Below, piece by piece: positions 47,897 through 55,584 of a DNA stretch of 55,584 bases. Position 1 is the first letter of the stretch. Every line of letters starts with the position of its first letter. The notes below the pieces were generated by a model that was given only the letters and a program-made list of their open reading frames with translations, searched no databases and was not told where the DNA came from. The position numbers and the translations under genes were made by a program. Source of the stretch: Thermoplasmata archaeon (GTDB taxonomy: Archaea > Thermoplasmatota > Thermoplasmata > Lutacidiplasmatales > UBA184); contig JASHSU010000037.1 of assembly GCA_030038605.1 (NCBI GenBank), positions 1 to 55,584 of the forward strand. The letters are read 5' to 3'.

Positions 47897-48846
47897 CGCG
47901 CGCCCCCGGGCGTGGGGACCGGGTAGCGGAGGGGCTCTCCGGCGAGCGCCCGCAACACCTCGTCGACGACGTCCGCCCCGGCGCGGGACTGCGCTTCGTG
48001 GGTCGAGGCGCCCAGGTGCGGCGTGGCGATCACGTTCGGATGCTCTACGAGCGCGCGGTTCATCGGTGGTTCCTCCTCGAAAACGTCGAGCGCGGCCCCC
48101 GCGACCTGGCCCGAGCCCAGGGCGGCGAGCAGGGCGGCCTCGTCCACGAGGGCGCCGCGGGCGACATTGACCAGGAACGCACCGCGGCGCATCTTTGCGA
48201 ACGCCGCGGCGTTGAGCAGGTGGTGATTCTCCGGGGTCAGGGCCGCATGGACGCTGACGATGTCCGAACGGGCCAGCAGTTCGTCGAGCGGAACGATCGA
48301 CGTGCCGTCCGTGGTCGAGGTAACGAACGGGTCGAAGGCGACCGAAGTGGCACCGAACGGGACGAGCCGCTGGGCGACCTCGCGTGCGATTCGGCCGTAG
48401 CCGATGAACCCAACCGTCCGACCGGCCAGTTCGTGACCGGACGTGCCCCGCTCCCACTTGCCACCTCGTGTGGAGTTGACCTTGGGGAGCAGGCCCCGGA
48501 CGAGGAGCAGGTAGAAGGTGACCGAGAGCTCGGCCACGCTGACCGTAGCGGCCGCGGGCGCGTTGACGACCGTCACCGCGTGGGCGCCGGCAGCCGCCAG
48601 GTCGACGTTGTCGACGCCGACCCCCGCCCGGGCGACCAGCTTCAACTGCGGCGCGGAAGCGAACAGCTTCGCATCGACTTTCGTCCGACTCCGTACGACA
48701 AGGCCCCAGGCCGTCGGAAGGACTTCCGCCAGACGGCTCGGGTCGGCGCTCACGTCGTCCACGACGCACGGACCGGAGCGCAGCCGTGCGACCGCAGCGG
48801 CGTCGATCGGGTCGGCGACGACGACGTGCCGCTGGGACGACATCAT
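47893..48846 (-). CDS. serA: D-3-phosphoglycerate dehydrogenase-like 2-hydroxyacid dehydrogenase (short form, no ACT domain)
   Basis: VRSRTKV, RAGVGVDNVD, SVAEL, GYGRIA, NVARG, LDVFEEEP, TPHLGAST.EAQ. Confidence 0.88.
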   Translation of the reverse strand: MMSSQRHVVVADPIDAAAVARLRSGPCVVDDVSADPSRLAEVLPTAWGLVVRSRTKVDAKLFASAPQLKLVARAGVGVDNVDLAAAGAHAVTVVNAPAAATVSVAELSVTFYLLLVRGLLPKVNSTRGGKWERGTSGHELAGRTVGFIGYGRIAREVAQRLVPFGATSVAFDPFVTSTTDGTSIVPLDELLARSDIVSVHAALTPENHHLLNAAAFAKMRRGAFLVNVARGALVDEAALLAALGSGQVAGAALDVFEEEPPMNRALVEHPNVIATPHLGASTHEAQSRAGADVVDEVLRALAGEPLRYPVPTPGGAR

Positions 48847-48890
48847 CCGCGGACCTCGGGGCGCTTGAAAACGGTTGCCCGCCGCGCCGG

Positions 48891-49841
48891 TCACGCGGCC
48901 TTCGGAACCGCGACCTTCTCGAGGGCATTGCGCACGACGTCCTCGCCGCGCACCCCCCGGATCCACGGTTCCGGCTTCACGACGACGCGATGCGCCAAGG
49001 CCGGCAGCGCCAGCGCCTTCACGTCGTCCGGCAGGACGAAGTCACGGCCCTCGAGCAGGGCGCGGGCCCGTACGAGCTTCTGCAGGGCGAGCGAGCCCCG
49101 CGGGGAGGCCCCGACCTCGGCCCGCGGGTCGGCGCGGGTCGCGCGGACCACGTCGAGGAGGTACTGCGCCACGGACGCTTCGACCTCGATCGACTCGACC
49201 GCACTTTGCAACTCCAGGAAGGCGGTCCCGGTGGTGACGGCGGGGACGGCCACCTGTTCGGTCATCCGGGCCCGGCGGCGTTGCAGGATCGTGCTCTCCT
49301 CCTCCGCCGTGGGGTACCCGACACGCAGGCGCATCAGGAATCGGTCGACCTGGGCCTCTGGGAGCGCGTACGTCCCCTCGAGCTCGATCGGGTTCTCGGT
49401 CGCCAGCACGAGGAACGGACGGGGCAGCGGGTAGGTCGACCGCTCGCTGGTCACCTGGTACTCCTGCATCGCCTCGAGCAGGGCCGACTGGACCTTGGGC
49501 GGCGCCCGGTTGATTTCGTCGGCGAGCAGGACGTTGGTGAAGATCGGACCTTGCCGGAACGCGAACGAGCCGCTCTTCGGGTCCAGCACCTCGCCACCGG
49601 TGATGTCGTGCGGGAGGAGGTCGGCGGTGAACTGGACCCGCTGGAACTGGAGGCCGAGGGCCGCGGCGAACGATTTGGCCATCAGTGTCTTGCCGAGTCC
49701 GGGAAGGTCCTCGATCAGCAGATGACCGTCGGCCATCAGGCCGATCAGGATCTGCTCGACCGCGACGTCCCGTCCCACCACGGCGGTCCGCACGGCGGCC
49801 CGGATCCGGTTGGCGAGGTCGGCCGCCTCCGTGGGTTGCAT
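48891..49841 (-). CDS. MoxR-family AAA+ ATPase
   Basis: EDLPGLGKT, RVQFTADLLP.DITG, DEINRAPPKVQSALLEAMQE, LPEAQVDRF. Confidence 0.97.
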   Translation of the reverse strand: MQPTEAADLANRIRAAVRTAVVGRDVAVEQILIGLMADGHLLIEDLPGLGKTLMAKSFAAALGLQFQRVQFTADLLPHDITGGEVLDPKSGSFAFRQGPIFTNVLLADEINRAPPKVQSALLEAMQEYQVTSERSTYPLPRPFLVLATENPIELEGTYALPEAQVDRFLMRLRVGYPTAEEESTILQRRRARMTEQVAVPAVTTGTAFLELQSAVESIEVEASVAQYLLDVVRATRADPRAEVGASPRGSLALQKLVRARALLEGRDFVLPDDVKALALPALAHRVVVKPEPWIRGVRGEDVVRNALEKVAVPKAA

Positions 49842-50097
49842 GCGGGCGTCGCCAGACCGAGGGCGGGCCCCCTATAACACCGGGGAGGCCCCTCCCCCTG
49901 TTCCCCGGCCGTAACGATCCGCCTCATGGCTGGCGCACGCCGCCTCCGCGGTCTGACCCCGGCCGGGGGTGTCGGACACCGGGGTTGTCCTCACGTCATC
50001 CTCGGCGGACGACCCGTCCGCGTTGAGTCGAGAGGGACCCTTCGTCGGTACCCGGGCACGGGCGTACCCGCGCCGGCCACCGGAACCACCGGGGCCG

Positions 50098-50622
50098 CTA
50101 TGAGCTTGCCGACGGGTCGCGGTCGAACGACCGGGGTGAGGCGAGAAGGAGGACCACCGCCGCGAGGCTGAACAGTAGCAGCGCCACCGCGACGCCCACC
50201 GTCCCGAGCCCGGAGGGAAGGAGGTCCGCGCTCAGCAGCGCGAGGGCGAACCCGAGGGCAGGGATGGCTAGGGCGCCCAGACCCCGGCGCAGAGCGCCGG
50301 GCGCCCGGCCGGGCTCCTCCGCACACCAGAACAGGAGCGCGAGGCCGGTCGCACCGGCCACGACGGCCGGCACAACACCGACCGGGGTCTCGACCGCCAG
50401 GATCGCCAGGACGCCCAGCGCGGGCAGCAGGCCGAGGAAACCCGAGGAGGCGGGGAGCAACCCCCGCACCAGGCTCGCCAGCGTTGCCCCCGCGACCGCC
50501 AGCACCGCGCTGAGGACGAACGGCCAGCTCGCCAGCGAGCCGAACACCAGGAAGGAGACCAGGAGGAGACCGTACGCCGGGCCGAAGCTCCGGCGCCAGA
50601 ACGCCGCATCGAGACGCCTCAT
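50098..50622 (-). CDS. Multi-pass membrane protein of the MoxR/DUF58 cluster
   Basis: ATGA-coupled to DUF58 at 50622; about 6 hydrophobic helices. Confidence 0.8.
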   Translation of the reverse strand: MRRLDAAFWRRSFGPAYGLLLVSFLVFGSLASWPFVLSAVLAVAGATLASLVRGLLPASSGFLGLLPALGVLAILAVETPVGVVPAVVAGATGLALLFWCAEEPGRAPGALRRGLGALAIPALGFALALLSADLLPSGLGTVGVAVALLLFSLAAVVLLLASPRSFDRDPSASS

Positions 50623-51917
50623 GCCACCCCGCGCTCCCGGACCGACGGCCGCCGCAGAAAGTGAACGAACCCCGCCAGCGACCAGAATTCCTCCCAGTCG
50701 ACGACCGGCGCGTCCTGCCACATGCGGGTGACCTCTTCGCGGCGGCGCAGCCGGGTGTACCGTTGCGCAAGGGCTTCGTCCTCGGGCGACGCCAGCGCCT
50801 CGACCGATTGGACGGCGAGGTACGACGGGCTGAGGACGACCGTGGGAAAGCCCCGGCGACGCACGTGGGCGACCAGGTGGTGCTGGGTCTCGCTCGCCAG
50901 CGGCGAGAGGACCACGGTCGTGGTCTGCGCCGGGTAGTACCGACGGAGCGCGACCGCGCATCGTTCCGCCGGTCCCGGGGCGGTGGACAGCTCCGTCCGC
51001 AACAGCAACTCACGGATCCGGAACCGCTGGGTCCGGCCGGAGGCGAGCGGCACCGCGTGCAGGAATTCGCCGTACGTGGCCACCCCCACCCGACTCTTGT
51101 CCCGCAGGAACGCTTCGGCCAGTCCGAAGGCCGCCCCCCGCGAGACCGCCAGCAGGCGCCCGTCGACGTCCGGACCCAGGTTCGTGGGCCTCGTGTCGAG
51201 AAGGATCACCAGGTCCCCGGTGCGGTCGAGCGCGTACTCGTTGGCCAGCCGACGTCCCGCCCGAGCACTCGCCCGCCAGTTGATCCGTCGGGGCGGGTCG
51301 CCCGGGGCCGCGTCGCGGATCCCGAAGAACTCCCCCGCCTCGCCGACCGCGCGGGAGCGCGTCTCGCCCGGCAGGGCGAGCGTGCGCCGGAGCCGGACCG
51401 CGCCCGCCCGCTGCAGTTCGGGCGGGTATCGCTCGATGTAGAGACGGGGGGCCTCCAGGACCGTCGACCGTTCGACCAGCCCCAACGGGTCCTTCCAGGT
51501 CACCGTCGGCGTCGGTACGGTGAGCAGTGTCGGCTCCGGGAGTCGCCAGTCGAGCTGGACCCGCAGCGAGGGTCCGTCCCGTCCCACGACCGGGGGGTGG
51601 ACCTCCTCCACACCCGCGGGTACCGGGTACCGAACGTCCAGTGACTCCGGCCGAACATCGACGGGCGGGGTGAGCCGGATATCCAGCCGAACGGACCGGT
51701 CCGACCCGCCGACCGTACCGTCGAGGACGACTCTCGGCGACGTGCGGGGCCCGACCAGCCCCGCCGCGACCGGCGCCAGCAACAACGGGAACGCCAGGAA
51801 CAGGGGCACCGGGGATCGAACCGTCACGCCGAGCGCGAAGAATCCGATCGCCGCGGCGACCAGGACGAAGGCCGCCGGACGCCAGTGCGGGCCGACCTCG
51901 GTCGCTCGGTGGTTCAG
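50619..51917 (-). CDS. DUF58 (vWA-like) protein, probable CTG start
   Basis: EFFGIRD..PGDP.RRINWRASAR, LLDTR, D.SRVG; in-frame hydrophobic extension runs 30 codons upstream of GTG 51827 to a CTGA overlap. Confidence 0.9.
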   Translation of the reverse strand: MNHRATEVGPHWRPAAFVLVAAAIGFFALGVTVRSPVPLFLAFPLLLAPVAAGLVGPRTSPRVVLDGTVGGSDRSVRLDIRLTPPVDVRPESLDVRYPVPAGVEEVHPPVVGRDGPSLRVQLDWRLPEPTLLTVPTPTVTWKDPLGLVERSTVLEAPRLYIERYPPELQRAGAVRLRRTLALPGETRSRAVGEAGEFFGIRDAAPGDPPRRINWRASARAGRRLANEYALDRTGDLVILLDTRPTNLGPDVDGRLLAVSRGAAFGLAEAFLRDKSRVGVATYGEFLHAVPLASGRTQRFRIRELLLRTELSTAPGPAERCAVALRRYYPAQTTTVVLSPLASETQHHLVAHVRRRGFPTVVLSPSYLAVQSVEALASPEDEALAQRYTRLRRREEVTRMWQDAPVVDWEEFWSLAGFVHFLRRPSVRERGVA

Positions 51918-52324
51918 GTCGAACCCCCCTCGATCTCGTCCAGTCGGGAGCTCACGTAGGCGCGGAACTGGGCTCGTGTCTCGCCCCGCAGTCGGGCCAG
52001 CTCTTCGGCCGGCGTTGTCGGTCGCAGGGGATGGGCGTACCTCCGGTCCAGCTCATCCAGTAGGACCACCACCTCGCTCCGACCGGAACGGCCCGCGGCC
52101 AGCGACACGCGGAACGGCGACCGGGGCTCGGCCGTGGGGCCCGGCGGGTGGCCTCGTGTTCCCCACGAGTCCCGGTGCGCCAACCCCGCCAGGTAGAGGG
52201 CGACGGCCGCGAACGCCCCGGCGGCGAATCCGATCGCCGCGGTCTGGTTCGGCCCCGCGTAGACCGCGACGCCCGCCAGGACCGCGGCGAGAGCGAGCCA
52301 GACCCAGCCGGCCGGCCCCCTCAT
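51914..52324 (-). CDS. Small two-TM membrane protein of the MoxR cluster
   Basis: ATGA-coupled; two TM then a helical tail ending LDEIE. Confidence 0.8.
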   Translation of the reverse strand: MRGPAGWVWLALAAVLAGVAVYAGPNQTAAIGFAAGAFAAVALYLAGLAHRDSWGTRGHPPGPTAEPRSPFRVSLAAGRSGRSEVVVLLDELDRRYAHPLRPTTPAEELARLRGETRAQFRAYVSSRLDEIEGGST

Positions 52325-53253
52325 GCGCCCCCAAGGGCCCGGCTCAGGTCCTGCTCTGCTTCACCGATGGCCTCGCGGGCGCTCGCCACCTGGAGCGGGC
52401 CCAGCGGATGGCTCGAGTACCGCGCCTCTTCAAAGACTCGGGTCAGGGTGCGCGCGGCTGGGGCGCGGATGCCCAGGCGAATCAGATGCTGGGTCCGAAT
52501 CTCCTCCGGCGTGGCGGCGTCCAGGTCGGTCACCACGGGCTGCAGTCGGGCCAGGAGCGTCGCATACAACGCCAGAATGGTCGCCCGGGGGTCGGCTGCC
52601 GAGTCGAGGTCGGCGCGGGCCTTACGCAACGCCCCTCGCACCTGGGCGGTCGCCTGGTCGGAGCGCTCCCGGTACAGCCGGTCGTCCCGACGGTCCTGCA
52701 GGTAGTTCGCGAGCGGCGGCAACGCCAAGATCACCACCCCGGCTAACACGACCACCAGCAGTAGGAACCACGTCCACGCTGGGAGGTGGAAACTCAGCTC
52801 GTCGAGCACGCCACCGGGCCCTCCGACGAGCGTGCTGTTCACGGTCGTATTGTTCGTCGCCGCGGGCGCCGTCTGGTTGCCGGCGGGCTGAGGGGGAGGG
52901 GACGTGTAGCCGGTCGGTCCGCCGCCGACCGCATGGAGGATGGCGACCATGATGACGCCGGCAAGGAGGAGCGAGAGCCCGGCGACAGCGAACGGCGTCA
53001 TCGTCCCACTGGGGTTCTTCGTGGAGAGTCGGGCGACGATGACCGGCAGGATGATCACGAGCGCGAGCCCGATGATGATGACCGAGATGAGCCAGGTCGG
53101 AAGGATCAGTTCGCTCGTCGGGCCGACCGGGGGCGCCGGGCCGGCGGACCGAGCGCCCACCAGGATGCTCGCCGACGCGCCGACGGCGAACGCGCAGAGC
53201 AGGATGACGAGCAAGACCGTGGACGGTCGGGAGCGGGGCCGGCGGGTCGCCAT
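52321..53253 (-). CDS. DUF4129 domain membrane protein
   Basis: 4 TM; C-terminal I...Y..L......TPEE......LT.VFEEARYSSHP. Confidence 0.88.
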   Translation of the reverse strand: MATRRPRSRPSTVLLVILLCAFAVGASASILVGARSAGPAPPVGPTSELILPTWLISVIIIGLALVIILPVIVARLSTKNPSGTMTPFAVAGLSLLLAGVIMVAILHAVGGGPTGYTSPPPQPAGNQTAPAATNNTTVNSTLVGGPGGVLDELSFHLPAWTWFLLLVVVLAGVVILALPPLANYLQDRRDDRLYRERSDQATAQVRGALRKARADLDSAADPRATILALYATLLARLQPVVTDLDAATPEEIRTQHLIRLGIRAPAARTLTRVFEEARYSSHPLGPLQVASAREAIGEAEQDLSRALGGA

Positions 53254-53280
53254 CGCACCCTAGCGACGGCGGGACGCGGG

Positions 53281-54192
53281 TTAACCCCTTCCGGCGGCGT
53301 TCGGGGGGGCTTCGTCGCCCTCGCGGTTCGGCGCGGGCGACAGGAAGTAGACACTCCGACGCTCGTGTTCGACGGAGACGACCGCGAAGTCGTCCACGAC
53401 ATACCCCAGGTCCGCGGCCGCACGGAACGCATCGCGGGTCGCGTGGCGCCACCGTCGGAGGGCCTCCGGCTCGTGCTCCCGGACGAGTCCGAGGTCGAAA
53501 GGTATCTCCAGGTGCGCCACGGGTTTCTCCGGCTCCTGGACCTCCACCGGCAGGCGGAGGCCGCTCTCGCCCGGCTCGGTCCGGATGAGCGGTGTCGCGG
53601 AGGCCCATCGGGCTTCGTCCTCGGCGGCGGTGGGGTACGTCCCGGCGAGACGCTGCTCGACGCGGGGATGGGCCAAGGACCAAACGAGGCGCACGCGGTC
53701 CGATTCGATGCCCCGGTTCACCGGGTCGGCCATCTGACCGTAATAGTGGTGAAAGTACCGGTCGGGCAGGCCCCCCAGCCGTCGGACGAACAGCCAGGCG
53801 TTCCGGCTCTGCAGCGGGTCGAACGCGAGTCGGACCTCCGAAAGGCCGAGCTGCAACACCTCCTGGCGCAGCGACGTGAACAGGTCGTGGCCCAGGTGGT
53901 GGTTCTGGTACTCGGGACGGACAGCGGCCGAATGGATGTACTCGTAGAGGGCGGCGCCGTCCCAGCCGAGGAAGGCGACCGCGAAGCCCGCGAGATGGAT
54001 GTCGACGAACCCGCCGAGCACGATCCCGCCGTTGTCCTGGACCGCCCGCTGGAGGCCCGTCGGCACCGCGTCCGTCGCGTCGGAGCCGTAGACGGATCGG
54101 TGGACCTCGTCGACCTGTCGGAACTCCTCGGGTTTCTCCAACCGACGGATCTTGAACCCCGTGGCACCGGTTCGGCTCGGGGTCGCGGTCAC
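53281..54192 (-). CDS. GNAT-family acyltransferase (D-amino-acid N-succinyltransferase-like)
   Basis: HSAAVRPEYQ...LG, FDPLQSRNA, YYGQM.D..N.G.ESDR...W.L, LEIP. Confidence 0.85.
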   Translation of the reverse strand: MTATPSRTGATGFKIRRLEKPEEFRQVDEVHRSVYGSDATDAVPTGLQRAVQDNGGIVLGGFVDIHLAGFAVAFLGWDGAALYEYIHSAAVRPEYQNHHLGHDLFTSLRQEVLQLGLSEVRLAFDPLQSRNAWLFVRRLGGLPDRYFHHYYGQMADPVNRGIESDRVRLVWSLAHPRVEQRLAGTYPTAAEDEARWASATPLIRTEPGESGLRLPVEVQEPEKPVAHLEIPFDLGLVREHEPEALRRWRHATRDAFRAAADLGYVVDDFAVVSVEHERRSVYFLSPAPNREGDEAPPNAAGRG

Positions 54193-54244
54193 GCCGCGCG
54201 GACCGGGAGTCCGTACTTAACGCGGGCGAGGACGGGAGGTCCGT

Positions 54245-54670
54245 CTAGCGGCGGACCCGCAGTTCCGCCCGCTTGTCCTGGTAGCGGATCTCGTCTGCGG
54301 GCGTCAAGTCCCAGAGGATCTCTTCGAGCTCGGGGATGTTGCGCAGGAACTCGGCCTTGCTCTTGGTCACCATGAGGTGCTCGAACTTCCGCCGGGCGAC
54401 GTAGTAGGCGAGCACGAGGTACAGACCGATGATGAGGACGATCGGACCGACGATGACGAATACGAGGTTGTAGTTGGCGCCGCCCGCGTCCGTCGTGTTG
54501 TTGATCGTCTGGAAGAATCCCAGGTTCATGAGCGGCGTGAAGTAGCCGATCGCGAGGATGGTGAGCAGCGCGCCCGCTGCGAGGACCACCACCGAAATGA
54601 ACGCCCGGTGGACCCGAGCGCCGTACCGTATTCGGCGACCGATCGGCTCCGGCGCCGTCTCCTCCGCCAT
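54245..54670 (-). CDS. DUF3198-like membrane protein
   Basis: Two TM followed by F.HL..T.SKAEFLRNI.ELE. Confidence 0.75.
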   Translation of the reverse strand: MAEETAPEPIGRRIRYGARVHRAFISVVVLAAGALLTILAIGYFTPLMNLGFFQTINNTTDAGGANYNLVFVIVGPIVLIIGLYLVLAYYVARRKFEHLMVTKSKAEFLRNIPELEEILWDLTPADEIRYQDKRAELRVRR

Positions 54671-54726
54671 CTCGGGGACGGCAAGCAGGTTCGCTTAAGA
54701 ACCTATGTGACGTCCGCCGCCCGTCC

Positions 54727-55248
54727 ATGCCGGCTCCGGACCAGCCGCCGAGTGCGCCCCCTCCGCCGCCGCCCTCCCCCGCGACGTGGATGCCGCCCTC
54801 CGCGCCGTATGCGGGCACCCCACCGGGGGCCCCGTTGAGCCAGCGGTTGTCCTCGGAGAACCTGGCGCAGCGCTTCCCCTGGGCGTTCCTCGCCATGGGC
54901 GCCTATGCGATCGGGTTGCTGCTGCTCTTCGTCGGCGGTCTGGTGGCGGTCACGGCCGGTGTCTGGCCACCCTCGTGCCTGAACTCCACGAGCTGCGGCA
55001 CGGGAGCCACGCTCGAGAACGTCTACTACGGCATCATGGTCGCCCGTCTGCTGCTCGTCCTGGGCCTGTTCGGCATCGCCACCGGTGCCGGCCTGCACCT
55101 CCAGTTCGCCCACGAGCCCGCCTCGGGCCTGACGCCCGAGACGACCCGGCTGTACATCTCCCGCCGGCGGTTCGAGCGGGTCCTGCTCGTCTTCACCGTC
55201 CTGCTCCTGTTCGTCATCGTCTACTGGGCGGCGGTCACCCCGACCTAG
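54727..55248 (+). CDS. Hypothetical three-TM membrane protein
   Basis: Pro-rich N-terminus, 3 TM, Cys pair in the loop; shares TTAAG 54695-54699 with the divergent gene. Confidence 0.75.
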   Translation: MPAPDQPPSAPPPPPPSPATWMPPSAPYAGTPPGAPLSQRLSSENLAQRFPWAFLAMGAYAIGLLLLFVGGLVAVTAGVWPPSCLNSTSCGTGATLENVYYGIMVARLLLVLGLFGIATGAGLHLQFAHEPASGLTPETTRLYISRRRFERVLLVFTVLLLFVIVYWAAVTPT

Positions 55249-55272
55249 ACCGGTCGGTGAGCGGACGGCCAA

Positions 55273-55584
55273 CTACGGGCGGCCCGGCCGGGTCCGGCCG
55301 AACGTGGTGGCCTCCTCGCTCGGCAGCGGGAGCGGGTTCGCTCCCGGGGCGGGAATGAGGGAGAGCCGCACGCGGAGCTGACGGTACAGGAACATCGCCC
55401 CGAGGAGGGCGATCAGGGCCCCGCCGAAGCTGCCGGCCAGTCCGACCAGCGGACCCAGACCGATCAGGAAGAACCCGACGACCGAGAAGAGCGCGGACCG
55501 GAGGGGTCCCCCGCCGGTCCGATGCTCGGCGCCTCCCGGCGGTAGGGAGAAGAGACCCCCGGTCACTTCCAATCCCAGCACCGC
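55273..55584 (-). CDS. Hypothetical membrane protein, 5' part outside the window
   Basis: Open to the window edge, two hydrophobic helices, stop at 55273. Confidence 0.6.
   Translation of the reverse strand, partial: AVLGLEVTGGLFSLPPGGAEHRTGGGPLRSALFSVVGFFLIGLGPLVGLAGSFGGALIALLGAMFLYRQLRVRLSLIPAPGANPLPLPSEEATTFGRTRPGRP

Noticed and set aside
47897..48928. N-terminal extension of the aminotransferase (723-aa ORF) suggesting a fusion
   Set aside because: Off-frame read of serA; the start is at 47896
1..55584. tRNA, rRNA, transposase, integrase or prophage
   Set aside because: No recognisable motifs by eye; tRNAscan-SE and Infernal would be needed to exclude small RNAs fully

Overview
GC-rich (roughly 70% by eye) archaeal chromosomal segment, most consistent with Thermoplasmata. 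The evidence is thermopsin-type surface proteins, geranylgeranyl reductase plus ferredoxin, L40e, archease, Pcc1, DUF3198 and TATA-driven leaderless genes; a soil/peat lineage such as Ca. Lutacidiplasmatales is an inference. The window holds three large repeat-rich surface proteins and a LysW-carrier arginine operon (argG-argH-lysW-argX-lysY-lysZ-lysJ-lysK) with a divergent ACT-domain regulator. It also holds a NiCoT/NikR pair, a CARF-like regulator followed by a beta-sandwich plus glycoside hydrolase pair, an ABC-2 exporter, trxB, ileS, serA plus aminotransferase and a MoxR/DUF58 cluster. Several real genes are missing or mis-started in the ORF track (Kelch protein, lysW, rpl40e, pcc1, archease, DUF58). 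The most unusual signal is that three conserved genes appear to lack ATG/GTG/TTG starts (archease ACG, DUF58 CTG, pcc1 ATC or a frameshift). I saw no CRISPR array, tRNA, rRNA or transposase. All family calls come from motif recognition by eye, not database searches.
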